Of a DNA stretch of 64,000 nucleotides, positions 22,027 to 43,300 are shown piece after piece; the stretch's first letter is position 1, and each line of letters opens with the position of its first letter. The notes beneath the pieces are model-generated. The model worked only from the letters and a program-made list of their open reading frames with translations. It had not been told where the DNA came from and did no database searches. The position numbers and the translations under genes are program-made. The stretch comes from the human T2T-CHM13v2.0 reference genome, Homo sapiens, in NCBI RefSeq assembly GCF_009914755.1, contig NC_060929.1, one strand, 5' to 3'.

Positions 22027-22859
22027 TAGTTGTCTCCCACATGTAGACTGGAGGCTCCATGAGGATGAGGACCGTTTCCCTCTTGCTCACTGATGAATCC
22101 CCAGTCCCCACCATGGGGCCTTCCACTTAGTAGCTGCTCAGCAGCATGTGCTGCAGACAGTCTAGCCTCGGTTCACGTTACTCTGCCGCTCTCCCTCCAC
22201 CACGCGCCAGCCGCAACACCTTCTGTGGGGTCCTCTGCAGACTCCTGCCTCAGGGCCTGCGCACTTCTGATTCCCTCTACCTGGCACTTTCTGCTCCCAC
22301 ACATTTGGAGGTCTGCCTCCATCTGGTCTTTTGGCTCTCAGCTAAAATGTCACCTCATGAGAGAGGCTTTCTCTGTCCATCGTGTTTACAGCACCTGCTC
22401 CTGACCCTACCCAGGAATGCCTACTGCATTTCCCCACTGATTTTTCTTCCACTCACTTGTCACTTGCCCAAGTCCTCTCATCTACTTCTTCACTGGCCTT
22501 CATACCGTCTGTTTCTGCCACTAGACTTTGAGCTCCGTGAGGCCAGAGGCCTTCCCAACTCTGTTAATGACATCGAGTTGGTAGCTTGAAACTGATCAGG
22601 TGGACATATGTGCATTCAGAAATGGGCCAAATGCCAGACACCAGAGCTTTTCTTCCCAAAGAACTCACTCTTGCTCCTGTAATACATGTTGGAAAAGAGA
22701 TCCCCCGGCCATTGAAAGATTTGCCCAGAGACCAAAATCTGGCTCAGGGCTGGGGGTGGAGGATGGGGGTAGCTATTAGCAGAGGACATTCACGAGGTCA
22801 GCCCAGGCCTTCTTGCAGTCACTCATTTTGGGCCCTGGGAGTCATCTAGAGCTTCACTG

Positions 22860-23690
22860 TCTATGCCGTCCAATATGGGAGACACTAACACATGTGCTAC
22901 TGAGTGTTCGAAATGTGGCGACGGTAGAGACCTAAATGTATTATTCCATTCTCTTCTAATTCATTTAAATTTGAAAACTGAGACTTGGTTCAGTTACTGG
23001 GAAACGTTTAAGAATGTTGGAACAACTTGGGTGTGTGAATCTACCTTTCTCAACTGTAAATTTTATGACATCTAAACACAGATCAAGGACTTCTGATGAA
23101 AATTTAGCTCCCAAATTTAGATGTGTTAAAAGTGTAAAATATACACTGGACTTGAAGACTTAGAATGAAAAAAAGTAAAATAGCTCAATAACTCTTTCAA
23201 TGGATCACATGTCAAAATGATCATATTTTTATACACTGGGTTAAATAAATTATATTATTGAAACTAATTTCATCTGTTTCTTTTTGCTCTTTTGGATGTG
23301 GCTGTTAGAAATGTAAAATTATACATATAGGCCAGGTGCAGTGACTCATGCCTGTAATCCCAGCACTTTGGGAGGCTGAGGCAGGCAGATCACCTGAGGT
23401 CGGGAGTTCAAGACCAGCCTGACCAACATGGAGAAACCCCATCTCTACTAAAAATACAAAATTAGCCAGGGGTAGTGGTGCATGCCTGTAATCCCAGCTA
23501 CTCAGGAGGCTGAGGCAAGAGAATCTCTTGAACACAGGAGATAGAGGTTGTGGTGAGCTGAAATCGCGCCATTGCACTCCAGCCTGGGCAACAGGAGCAA
23601 AACTCCATCTCAAAAAGAAAGAAAGAAAGAAAGAAAGAAATGTAAAATGATGCATGTGGCTCACATTATAGTTCTACTGGTCTAGAGCAT
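22860..23690. mobile_element. Charlie1/MER33-type hAT DNA transposon remnant with an inserted Alu (23330-23635)
   Basis: MER3/MER33-like ends plus Charlie1 internal sequence 'ggaacaacttgggtgtgtgaatctacc...'. Confidence 0.75.
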
Positions 23691-24409
23691 TTTGGCTTGT
23701 TTTTCTCCAACTTGCACCATTTGATATTCAAAAGCAGAAGTAGTGATAAGGAAGCACAGACGGATTTTGCCATGATTACAAATTCTGAACAAAAATGAGC
23801 TAATCTTGTCAAATTGCACATGGGGTGATGTGGTGAATGACCTCCACCCCACTCGGGGGAAAGTCTGTCCCTGTCTGCCATGGCTACAGAAGGGACCTAA
23901 GACACTTGGGGAACAGCCAGTTTCTCATCCCAAAGTCCCTGAGAGCAGACCCCAGGTCCAGAACTGGTTTTGTCAAAGATATCCACATGGAAAAGTGGGC
24001 TCCTAAAGCCACAGGGGCCCAGGCCTGGTCACAAGATGCGCCTGAGAACCATCACACAGAAGGAAATATCAAAGGGTTGGTGCATCCTTCAACCTGTATC
24101 TCTGGACTTCTCCCTTCTACACTTTTGCCCATTTGCTGGTCCCTCTACTTTGACTGTTCTTCCTTCTCTTATCTCCCCAGAGGACTCCTATGCATTCTGC
24201 AAGACCCCGTTCAAATGTCCCTTCCTCTGAAGCCTCCCCTGACCAGATGATGTTCCACATCACATCCTTGGGCTTCTGGCCTAGTCTATTCTTACCACTT
24301 CTCAAACTGCCTCCACGTTTTTCTCTTGTCCTCTCAAACCTGACTTCTTTCTGTAACACAGAATATGCCTCTCCCCTGCAAAAAAGTACCACTGGGTCTC
24401 CATTACCTA

Positions 24410-24600
24410 AAACAGTGATTCTCAAGCTTAAACGAGCATCAGAGTCACTTAGATTGCTGGGCCCTACCTTAAAACGCCAATTGCTGGGCCTCACCTCAGT
24501 TACTGACTCAATGGGCCTCAGGAGGGGCCTGATAACCTGCATGTCTAACAAAGATCCAGGGTGTGCTGATCCAAGGGTTGTACTTTGAGAACCACTGCAG
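24410..24600. mobile_element. MER5A
   Basis: cagtgattctcaagctt...tttgagaaccactg termini. Confidence 0.8.
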
Positions 24601-25529
24601 TAAAAGATGGAGGGATAAGTCTTCACCTTGGCATGCAGGGCCTTCTACAACATGGCCCCCAATTACTTTACCACCCTCATCTTTCACCACATGCTGCCCT
24701 GGCCCTAGACTAGCCACCTCCCAAACAGGCTGTACCTTTCATGCCTCCACACCACTGCCCACGCTGTCTCTCCTGCCTGCCATCCTTTCCCCCTCTTTAT
24801 CTACCCAGCTCCAGGGCCACCTTCCTTGATCTCATAGTGTCTAAAAGGCAAATCGGAGGAGCTGGGGCCTTCTACAAAGTAACAAATGTAGGCTGTCAGG
24901 GCAGCTACAATAGAGGAGGGAAAGAAATGGTCTTGGCCACAGCAGTGGGCCTGGAGGAGAAAGCACCAGCCTAAAGTGACAATTTAGGGACGGAAAAGTC
25001 TAGCGTATTTATTTAAACAACAGCATGACAGTCGCAGTCTAGTTACAAACTGTGTTTGGCTCTACCTGGTTTTCCAGCTCTGCCACTTGCTAGCTGTGTG
25101 GCCTGGGGAGCAGCTCACATAGCTTTTTTGTTTCTCATTTTCTTTTGTAAGATGGGATAAAGCAACAACCTCACAGAATGAAGATTAAACCACATAATGC
25201 AAGTGAAACTCATAGCAAAAGGCCAAGCACACAGTAAACTCTCAATAAATGCTAGCTACTATAAGTAGTATCTTTGGACCTGGGAAAGTTATGAACTTGG
25301 TACCCAGCCACAATCAATAACAGGAATAGAAACATAATAGCTATTTTTCTTAATGGGTACATAGTCAGCAGGCCAACAAATGCTGTATGCACAGAGAGGA
25401 AGATGAATGGACAGAAAGTGGGTGGCTGGGTGGGTGGGTGGGTCAATGGGAGATCTCCTTTGGTTAATATCAAAAGTGGCTCTGTGAGGCCAGTTTGGCA
25501 ATAGACATTAAAGACTCTTAAAAATTCTC

Positions 25530-26364
<835 letters not shown>

Positions 26365-26879
26365 CTACAACCACACTGTGAGGATGCTGATGGAGAATAG
26401 CGGGCTGGTAAAGAGCCCCCTTCTTTAGTGCAGCCATCGAGAAGGATCTCCATGTAACAGCTGTAGCAGTGGCAGAAGAAGTGCTACTATGACAAATAAC
26501 AAAACAGCCAATACTTACCGGGCTCTTACATGTGCCCAGCACTCTTCTAAGCACCTATCATGAATTAACTCACTTAATCGCAGTAATCACTCTATGAGCT
26601 AGGTACTATTATTAGCCCCACCTTACAGATGGAGAAACTAAGGCATGGAGAGGTTAGGAACTTGGTTAGGATTATTAAGCTTGTAAACAGCAGGGCTGGG
26701 ATTCGAGGCCAGGCCATAGCGCTTTCTGTTCCAAATCACTAGTTCTACTCCCAAGGGGGAGGCACCACAGGAAAGGGTGGGTAAGTGGCCAGGAGCTCCC
26801 TACTTCACCATCTCCTTGCCCTAGCCCTCGTCCTCAAAGCAGATGCTGAGAAAGAGCTGAAGACTTCAGGACCAGGCTA

Positions 26880-27254
<375 letters not shown>

Positions 27255-27589
27255 TCATGTCTGTACTTAAGAGTAAGTACCATACACCCCTACAACACTA
27301 TGGAATAAACAAAAATACAAGAATGACACAGCTCTACAAATACCAACATGGAAAGACTGTTGATTTGTTCAGTAAAAAACGAAGAAAAAAACCCAAGTCA
27401 TTGAACAATAAAAATGGCACAATACTTTTTGCATAAAAAATGGAAAACTACGCCTTCATACATGCTCACAAGCATCTGTGAATGTATGGAAAACTCAGGA
27501 AAGATACTGCCTGACAGCAGGCTGGGGAGGGGCCAGAAATAGGGAGGCATTCAAAGGGTACTTTCACTCTGTTTAAAATTTAAAATCTA

Positions 27590-28203
<614 letters not shown>

Positions 28204-28389
28204 TAAAATTTGTTTAAAATTTATGATAGGAATGTTTGATGCGTTTATTTGCAACATTTCCCACGCACTAACAGTAGAATGAAAAGGCAGTCTGCGTAAG
28301 TGCCCACCAGTTACAGCGGAACTGTTTCGTAGATGCATGTCACCTAGGCAAAACAAGTCTTCCTTATGTGAGGAATAAGAGGGTAAGAA

Positions 28390-29380
28390 AACTCCACACA
28401 CACTAAGATGGCTATAATTTTAAAAAATGGAAAATAACAAGTGTTGGTGAGGACTGGAGAAGTTAGAACCCTTGTGCATTGTTGGTGGGAATGTAAAATG
28501 GTGCAGCCAGTGTGGAAAACAGTTTGCCAGTTTCTCGAAAGGTTAAACATAGACCTATCCTAGGACCTAGCAATTCTGCTCATAGGTATATACCCAAAAA
28601 AAAAAAGCTCAAAGCAAGGACTCAAGGAGATATTTATATACTCATAGCAGCCAAAGTGTGGAAACAATCCAAGTGTCCATCAATAGATGAAGAATATTTG
28701 GGAGGCGGAGGCAGGCAGATCACTTGAGGTCAGGAGTTCGAGACCAGCCTGGCCAACATGGTGAAACCCCATCTCACTAAAAACACAAAAATTAGCCGGG
28801 CGTGGTGGTGGGCGCCTGTAATCCCAGCTACTCAGGAGGCTGAGGCAGGAGAATCACTTGAACCCAGGAGGCAGGGGTTGCAGTGAGCCAAGATCATGCG
28901 ACTGCACTCCAGCCTGGATGACAGAGCAAGACTCCATCTCAAAACAAACAAACAACAAAAAAAGATGAATGAATAAACAAAATGCGGTATATCCACACAC
29001 TAAAATATTCTGCCATAAAAAGGAACAAAAAGGAAGGCAATTCTGACACAAACTACATGGATGAATCCTGAAAACATTATGTAAAGTGAAATAAGCCAGA
29101 CACAGGAAACATAGTGTATAATTCCACTTACCTGAAGTACCCAGAGTAGCTGAAATCATAGAAGTGGAAAGTAGAATAGAGGTTTCCAGGGGTTAGAAAG
29201 GGGAAATGGGGAGTTATTGTTTAGTGGGTAAAGAGTTTTTGTAGAGGATGATGAAAATTTTGAGGTGTAGACAGCAGTGATGGCTACACAGCTGTGAACT
29301 GATTTAATGCCACTAAATTTACACTTAAAATTGGCCAAAATGATAAATATGATGTTCTGTATATTTTACCACAATTCAAA
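28390..29380 (+). mobile_element. L1MB-type 3' fragment with a 5'-truncated Alu (~28697-28960)
   Basis: 'aataacaagtgttggtgagga...' through the 3' end 'tatattttaccacaatt'. Confidence 0.82.
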
Positions 29381-29571
29381 AGAGAGAGAAATAATCATGT
29401 AAATGGAGCAAGCAATCCCACCCCATTGCACACAAGGAGCTAGTGTCTGGGAAATGGGAGGTGAGGACCCACAGCTCCCCAAGGATCCTGCGAGGACGTT
29501 GGTGGGGAATGCTGCAGCAAACATCTCACCCACCCTGCTGCATGGGGTTCCGGTGTTGAACAAGTACACAT

Positions 29572-30833
<1,262 letters not shown>

Positions 30834-31516
30834 TTAAACAGCAATCTATTGCAAAGCACAGGGAAAACGAGCTCCTCTGGACTGAATGAACATATTATAG
30901 CTTAGTCTCCACCGTGGCACCTTCCTAAGGATAATATTGATCACGCTCCACCCTTGCCTTCCATAACAACTCTGGAACCTGACTGCACCGGAAATTCCGG
31001 CTGGCCAAGTTATTCCTGCACATCTAGCACCCTATGGATGACAATGAGCATTCATTCCTGTCATCACAGGGACCCGAGGCTTGGAGTTTCCCCCATTCCA
31101 CAGACGGACGTGCAAGTCCAGGTTTAGAGGGGAAATGTGATTGGAACTAGGGGAGTGGCACCAGAATTTGCATCAGGATCCTCTAACGTCAAAATTTTCT
31201 GCACTTTCCACCACTGTACAAGGTCTCCCTACAATCTCCACCACTTAGAAGTCTCTAAGACCAGATGCCAACAGACATTTAACAGAGCACTACTGGGCCA
31301 GCCCTGCACAGGGTGCCCACAATACAGACACAGAGCAACCCTCTCCCTGGCCAGCTCAAAGTCTAGCTAGAGAGACACAGCCCTCTACTGAAAGTGACGA
31401 GACAGCATGCTTATGATGGGGTGTGGGAGAGGGCACCTAACCCCACCAAGGAGCCTTCTGGAAGGAAGCAATACTAAGGGGTGGGCCGGGTGTGGTGGCG
31501 CACGCCTGTAATCCTA

Positions 31517-31868
<352 letters not shown>

Positions 31869-32435
31869 TCATTAATTGAGCTGCAAAGTCCCCAGGATCC
31901 CATGCAGTGATAATAATATGCCATTTGTCATATTATGTCATTGATAATAATATGTTGGAGTGGACCCTTGATCCACTCTGCATGCAGCACTAGGCAGTGC
32001 TGCTTATATGTGTCAGTGCATTTATCTCCTGGATCACCCTACAATGTGGTGCTGTCAATATCTCATAGACAGATGAGGAGACCGATCCGAGGCAGAGTAC
32101 CCTAGGAATGAGGCGGCAGAGTGGGCTTGGAACTAAGGCAGTCCCATGCCCAGGTGTGCACACTCTTGGTGGCCACATTCTTCCTCCATCCAAGTCCCTT
32201 GCAGGCCAGAGCCTGGGATGCCTCCACACTGGGCCCAGGAGCCCAGTTCAGGGAAGGACATTTCATGATGGGCCATTTTCCAGAGCCAGTCATTGTCCTA
32301 GAATTTACCAGCTCATGTGGCTCTAACTCTGTGGGGACTTCTCCCCTAAACTCAATTTTGAAAGCTTGTTTAGGCCGGGCGCAGTGGCTCACGATTGTAA
32401 TCCCAGCACTTTGGGAGGTCGGGGCAGGTGGCTCA

Positions 32436-32702
<267 letters not shown>

Positions 32703-32747
32703 TTAGCCACCCATCATTTAAGTTATCTGGTGCTTGCTCGCTCACTT

Positions 32748-32748
32748 G

Positions 32749-32780
<32 letters not shown>
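32748..32780. repeat. Compound (CT)n(CA)n microsatellite
   Basis: Seen directly. Confidence 0.95.
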
Positions 32781-34099
32781 GTCTTAACTGATTGTGTCCC
32801 TGCCTTTTCATTCCTTGTAAAGCTGATTTCTGTACATCCCCACCAGAGGGCTGGAAAGAATCCTTTCCTTCTGCACACATTCCTCTTTCTCTTCCTACTC
32901 CTCCCCTTCCTCCTCTCCAAACCCAGAAGAGAGGTTACACCAGCTCTGCTCCTTTCCTGAGAGGAAGGTTGAAGGCTTAGTGGAGTGGCTAGAGCCAGGG
33001 CCAGTGACCAAGGCAACCACCTTGACCATGCTGAGCTGGCCAAGGGCCCCCCTTCAATCACTCATCTTTCAGTCCTGAAAGCTGGCAAAGAAGGCCGCAT
33101 GTCACCTTTACCTGGGTTTCCTGAAAAGGGATGTTGTCTCCTGATGGTGGAGGAGGCCCAGGTGGGGACCATTTTCCAGGAGTGCACAAACCTTGCCTTG
33201 CCCACCATCCTGAAAGGCAGCATTGACCAGACGGCCAGGCCTCAGCCAGTACCAGTGTCAACACAAGGCACGCCCGCTACCCAGCACCTCACTCAGATTC
33301 CATGGAGACCAGAACCTGCCAGACAGAGGTTAGTAGGAACCACGGACCAAAAAGTGACTTGGCCAAAATTAAATTCTTTCAAAGCCTCGTTGAGGCAGCA
33401 ATCCATCACCTTGAGGCCACAGGAGATGTAATACGGCTGATGATAAAAACAGCTAACACTGACTGAGCACTCTCTGTGTTCCAGGACAGGACTTAAACGG
33501 AATTTCTCACTTCATCCTCCATCCAGCCCTTAAAGACAAATATTATTGCCAGTTTACAGATGAGGAAAAAGATTCAGAGAGGTGGGGTGATGTGCCTCAG
33601 GTCACACAGCGAGTGGGGGTGGAGGGTAAAGGCTGGATCCAATTCAAGCCTTCCTTACCTCCAAAACATTTCCCCCAAAGACCTTTCCTGATGACTGTCC
33701 AGAGCTCCCTGTTCTATCTCCCTTTGCTAAAGATGAATGACAATCACAGCCAATAGCAACCACTCACAGCAAGGGAGTGCCTGGCAGCTGAGGAGTGCTC
33801 AGGCAGCCAGAATGTCATCTGCCAACAAACCGTTAAGGCCAGCGTTAGCCTTGGTGCCGGTTTCCCAAGTGAGCAGACTGAGGCTTGGGAATCCAGCAGG
33901 ACTGTGAGCTGTCACAGTGGCCTCCTGACTCCCGGCCTAGTGTTCACTACACCACACTGCCAGGAAGCAGCTTATTCCCTAGTCATTCATTCAACCACTA
34001 TTTACTTGGCTAAATTCTAATGAACAAGACAAGCAATTTTCTGCCTAGGAAAATTTGCATGAGGGAATCACTGCCCTCCCATATCATAATTCACCCTTC

Positions 34100-34700
<601 letters not shown>

Positions 34701-35925
34701 ACTAAAGCTGAGAGAGGGCATGAGAAGACCGTTGATCCCTTCAATTAACTTTTACAACTCTCTATTAAGGGCTTTATTTTATATATAAGAAAACCGATGC
34801 TTAGAGAGATGAAGTCACCGGCCCAAGGTCACACAGCAGGTTCAAAGGATTAGGAATTGAATTCCGGCCAATGTGGGTTCAAATTCCATGTATCTGACAG
34901 CTTTGCCAGAGATGCCTGTATATTCTGCAAAAGTCTCATCTGGGCCTCAGTCTCCCCCCTATATGGGGGAGGATGGATGGTGAAATGATGTCCAACTCTC
35001 TCCATGCTCTGATGAGAGCCGTCTTAGGGAGTGGGTGAGTCTTGGAAAGCTAAGGGTGGTCCAAGTAGATGAGGCCCACGTGGGAGTTGGCAGGCAAGGA
35101 ATAGCATAAAGAACAAGCGGCTGTCTGTGGCCTCCGATGTCCCTCTCTCCCAGCGGCTGAAGCAAGGCCGGGTTCCGGCGCACGATGAGGGGAGCCTTGG
35201 CCCAGCCTTCCACTGCTGGCTGGCAGTGACTAACGCCTCAGCCCACACCCTTGCGAGCAGATACACAGTGGCCACTTGTGTTTTCTGGCCCAAGCACCTC
35301 TGTGGGAACAATCCTCCCCCTTGTACCCGCAAGGGGCCCAGCCTGGAGGAGGTGGGGATAACCCTCCAAGCCGGGGACACTGCTTCACCCAAGGGGCCCA
35401 GCCAGCCCAGTCAGGGGCTGGGGGCTTCCTGAGAGTCAGCTGCACAAAGGCCAGCAGGGGACCCACCCCCAGGCCCTCCCCTTCCCTCCCGGCTGCCCAC
35501 TGATCAGTGTGTTGCTCCCACCGCTTCCCGGGAAATAGCTGATATCACAGACCTCAGGACAGTGAGAAAACATTAGCCACCCCTCCTTAACTCCAGCTCC
35601 CCAACCCCCCTCTGCAGATGAGGAAGCTGAGTCCACCAAGGCGAATGCAGAGACCAGGGTCCCATCTGTGACACTTGTCTCATCTGTGACACAGGTGTGC
35701 CTCAAGAAGAGTAAATGAGAACACAAGAGCAAAGAGCCTAGAGGGGCCTGTTCCTGGGGCACCCCTAACCTCAGGTCTGGGAGCCACTGGAGCTGCTGGG
35801 AAATTGACCCTGGGGCTGGGGAGCAGTGGGGGACTTGGCCAGCATCCATTCCCCCTTGTGGATTCAAAACTCTAGTTGCTTTTGGACACTGCCTCTCCCT
35901 CGCTCTGAGTCCAAGGGATTCATAG

Positions 35926-36690
<765 letters not shown>

Positions 36691-37249
36691 AAGGAGATGA
36701 GTTCCCTCTCTCTGGGGCTGTTCCAGCAAGGAACAGATATCTAGAGGAGTGCCTCACCACACAACACGTGTGTATCAAGGGCCACCTTCATTCCCAAGCC
36801 CACCATAATCTATAAGGTGACATTCACTGAGACCTCACCAAAGAGCTGACTGATAATCTAGGATTTGGAGACCTACATGGAAAACACGTAGGACAGAGGC
36901 CAACAGCAACTATGGAATTCTTCTGCCAAAAGAATCTTCCTCCAAAAAAGTGGAAAGGATCATTTTACACTTAATAAATTAGCAAAAACATGCAATTGTG
37001 ACAACCCAGCACTGGAGACGATGTAGTAAAATGGGTGAACGCATTACTGACAAGAATAGAAACTGATTCAATCTTTCAAAGACAACAATTGGAAATAGGT
37101 TTTAAAAGCCATGAAAATACCTTTTCAGCCTATTATCCCTCATTCCTGGGAATTTAAGGCCAGGAAATACTTTTAAAAAGACAACAGGCCAGGCACGGTG
37201 GCTCATGCCTGTAATCCCAGCACTTTGAGGGGCTGAGGCGGGCGGATCA

Positions 37250-37531
<282 letters not shown>

Positions 37532-37954
37532 TTAGTCCATAATAATAGAAAAAAGGTGAAATCACTAAAGACAATGGTTAAATTAACTTAATGGGATATT
37601 AAGTAACCCTTAAATGATAAACAAGAAGATAATACAGTAATGAGAAAAAATCCTTAAGCCATAATAGTAAATAACAAAATAGGATAATGAAATTGTAACT
37701 AGGCTACAATTTTCCTTTGGGAAAACTGCATGTGCCTATGGACAGGGACGAGCTAAAACACAGCATAATGAAGTCAAGCGATTTATAAAGATGATTTTCA
37801 CCCAGTGACATCTGGCAATTATCCACAGGGGTCCCAGCGAGGGCAGACTGGGACTGGTGCAAATAAGCCTCCCACATAGAGAGAGACCACTTCATCTGAG
37901 CTTGCCTTACACGTTCCAGAGACAGACACCCTCGTTCTTTCGGAACCCACATGA

Positions 37955-38130
37955 GCTGCACTGTCTGATACAGTAGCTACTAGCCGCACGTGGCTATTTA
38001 AATTAATAGATATGAAGCAAAAATTTAGTTCCTCAGTTGCATTAGCCACATTTCACGTGCCACCACACTGTGGCTACCGTATTGAACAGAGCAGGTACAT
38101 ACAGAACACTTCGATCACTGTAGAAAGTTC
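37955..38130. mobile_element. MER3 (hAT-Charlie)
   Basis: ctgcactgtctgatacagtagctactagccgcacgtggcta...tgtggctaccgtattgaacag. Confidence 0.75.
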
Positions 38131-39639
38131 ACCCCCAGCCCTCTCTGGCAGAAAATGCCTCTTCGGAGGTAAGGGAGCATCTAAAACTCACTCCACTGTC
38201 CCAGACCCAGATTCTGAAACATGGGTTTCTTTTTCTAGGAAGCAAAAGGGGACATGTGCAAGGAATCAGCAGAGGAACCCCACCCAATGATCATTTGCTA
38301 CGGAAGTCTCCTAGCAACCTGGCTGAGTGGCAGGTGTGAGGGAAGGCTCCCAGCTGACCTGTCGGATGAAAAGCCTGGGTGTGGGTCAGAGCCAAAGGAC
38401 GGAGCAGTCAGGGCTCAGGGTTCCTATTTCCCTGTCTTTATTCTGGACGGCCGTGCCAGGCATGTATCAAATATGGTTCAGGCCACTGGAACCAAAGCAG
38501 GGCTTGGTCTGGGTGTCACACAATGTACAGCTGTGCTGTCCCTGCCTGAACACAGTTAATCTTTGCATGGTGATGAAGGCGGTCAATCGCAGGAAGGGCT
38601 GCGACTCTATTTAGGAGAGAGAAAATCTGGCCCCAGAGAAAACCACGGTCACAGCAGAACTGACTATGTGCAGGAAAAGGGCCCAACATAAAGCCAAAGG
38701 GGGTGACCTGAGGACAGCAGACACAGAGCCGGGGTGGCCAGCTGACATGGGCTTGAGTTTAGAGCCCACTAAGGCCCCTGGCTGGCAGGCGTGAGTCAGC
38801 AGAGGACAGGAGCCTTATGCACCACGGGCCTGGGCCTTGGGAGGCCCAGGTCCTTGCGGGCTCAGGATGAAAAAGGCCTGTCAAACCCTCTTATGGTCTC
38901 TTGCTGCAGGGCAACGAGCAGCCCGCCTTTCTCCAGCACAGGCCCATGAAGTACACAGAGGTACCACCATCGCCTTTTATGGAAGAGAAAAGGGAGGCCC
39001 AGGCAGAGAAACTGACTTGTCCCAGGTCACATAGCTAGGAGGCACTGGCAGGCCTGGAGCTCAGCTCTGGCTCTCCGCCCAGTGCTCTGTGCCCTCAGCA
39101 GCCCACCAAAGTTGTCATGCCAGGGGTCTCCCGCCCAGCTGCTCAGTGTGCCAGCCCTCCTTCCCCTCTTTCCCTCCGTGGCCTTCAACCAGAAACACTC
39201 AGGGTGAACCCTCAAGGGCTCCTAGCTGCTGACAAGCTAACGCAGGAGCTCCCTGGCCCAGCACTCACACCCTCATGACCTGCCCCTGCCCACTTCCCCA
39301 GGGTCCCGCCATTCCCTCTCACTCAGCCCCGTGCCTGCTGCCTACTTCCCAGCCCTCTTCATGCTCCCTCCTCCACAGAGAACACCTCCTCCCTACCTGC
39401 GTTTAATCAGCCAGCAAAATCGAACTCAACCCCAGCCTAGCTCATGACATCTTCCCCAGAACCCCAGCCCACCTCCCCGACTAGAATCTCTTTGCACCTT
39501 GTTAAGGTTTTCATCGCAGACTGCCCTGTCCCCTGGGCATCTGCATCACAGATTCTCTGACCTGGCTGTGATCTCTGAAAGGCTCAGCCCACCTGACTCC
39601 TCTCAGTCTACCCTACAGAGCCTGGCACAGAAGAGCCAG

Positions 39640-39960
39640 TGGGTAGATGGGACAGTGGGAGTGGGAGTGAACGGGAAGATAGGTGGGCAGACAAGCACAT
39701 GGAGGAGTGAACGGATGGGAGGTAGGGGCTGGAGGAATGGATGGGAAAATGAGTTAAGTGGGATGGTGAATGGATGAGAGGTTGGGTGAATGGATGGGTG
39801 GGCAGAAGAATGGGAGGGTGGGTGGATGGGCAGATGAATGGAAGGATGGACAGATGCATGGGAGAGTGAGTTGGCAGGGGCATGAATGGGTGTGCATGAG
39901 ACTAGGTGGGTATGAGAGGGATAAAGGAATGACATGTATGTCCAGGGAGTAGACAATTAT
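39640..39960. repeat. Degenerate (TGGA/TGGG)n low-complexity tract
   Basis: Seen directly; it produces the Pro/His/Ser-rich ORFs on the minus strand. Confidence 0.85.
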
Positions 39961-41738
39961 CATCTTCCCTTCTTTCCAAAAGGCACTTGAGCCCACCCTT
40001 GCTGGGTTCTATGAACATCAGCCTCTCTCCTTCCTTCAATCCTGTAGCCAATAAAGTTATTGTTACAGGAATCGACCCCGCTCCCTCCGATGTCCCCATC
40101 TTGGCAAACTTAGAAATGAGCAAATTTCTATCGAGCAATTTGTGGAAACAGCGCAGGACCTAAGCTCAAGTCCCAACTCTACTACTTACTAGCTAAGTGT
40201 GCTTGCGGAAGCCAGGACACCAGGCCTTCGTTTCCTGATGAAGACATAAACAATTTCAGTGACGCACGGGAAAATCAATAAACCACTATGGGTTAGCCAG
40301 TTGACTATTGGTTGTTACTGTTCTCTCTTGGAACTGTGTATTTTTTGTTTTTGAAAGCCTAAAAACATGTTTATTTTGTTCACCAATGTATCTATTACTC
40401 TGGTCATGGCAGACACTCAGTATGTATCCTTTTTTTTTTTTTTTTCAGTATGTATTCTTAAATGACTAAGGAATGAATGAATAAAACTGGTGTTTGTGCC
40501 TCCCTGCAAACAGAGAGAAATGAGGTCCTCCACATAAGAGAGGAAAGGAAAGTGATAAGAAGTCGACTTTCTCCATAACATATTTCTATTTCTGAATCTC
40601 TGGCTGTTCTCCAGTTTTGAAAGATGGCACCTCTTTACCTTGCAGGAGCCAAAGCCTTCGACTGGGCCAGGATGTACACAGCTGAGTCCTGCCAAGCAGA
40701 GAGAAACCACTTCCCAATCAATCATCACCATGCCAAGTTTCAGCTCAACGACAAGTGAGATGGCCAAGTTTCAGAACAAGTGACATGTAAGGATGGCAAA
40801 GATCATGAAGCCCAAAAGCAGAATGACGTGGCTTTCAAAGACGTGCCTTGAACACTGTCTCCCTCAGGGAGGGGAAGCCTGGCCAGCCACCCTGGCACAG
40901 CTCAGGGAAATGTTGAGCCGCAAAAGTTCTTGTGAACCAGCAAATAAAATACGGAAACCCAAACGGGATTGGCCCAAAGATACCAAGTCTTGGCCTTGGC
41001 TGAAAACGGGAGCAACCTGTCCAACTTGGCTGGGGATGTGGGAGCCCTCAGATGTTAGCTCTCCAAAACCAATGGGGAATCCAACCCACCTATCACTGAT
41101 AAAGGAGGCGTGAAAGGTGCCCATGGGCTCTGCCTCCTTGCAGGGGACCGCTCCCACCTTTCCCAGGCTCCTCGCTACCCAGAGGAGGACAGTGAGACTC
41201 AATGCGGAGTTGCAGAGGGGAGAGGACTCCGGGGTCCACAGAGGAGGAGGAAGTGAGGAAGGAAGCACTTTATGGAGGGCCACCTATGCCCCCTGCCTGC
41301 ATGTGTTTAAGACACTCATTTAATCTTCACCACAACCTTGGGGGTCGTGTCCATTCATGAACTCTGTTTTAGAGACAGTATCAAACCTCAGAGAGGTTAA
41401 GTCGGCCTGTTTATTCCATCAACAGTCCTTGTGGTGCTGAAGTAACATCTGTGCGTTAAAGACAATCTTAAAAATATAATGGTACAAGGAAGAAAATCAA
41501 AGCTTTTCATAATCCAAGGGACTCGCCTTTGGTATTCTGCGGTGGGACGTTCTTGAACTGTTTCCCAATCCCAGCTCTAACACTTCCCAGCTGTGTGCCC
41601 CTGAGGGGACTTCTTTGTCCTCACTTCCCAGCCTTTTATACCTTTACATAATGAAGATGTAACCGCTCCTCCTCCAGAAGCTGTTGTGAGCATTTAATGA
41701 GTTATACGTGAAAGGCGCTTAGAAGAGGCTGGGTCCTT

Positions 41739-43300
<1,562 letters not shown>

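Noticed and set aside
39603-39996. Pro/His/Ser-rich ORFs
   Set aside because: Derived from a degenerate (TGGA)n low-complexity tract.
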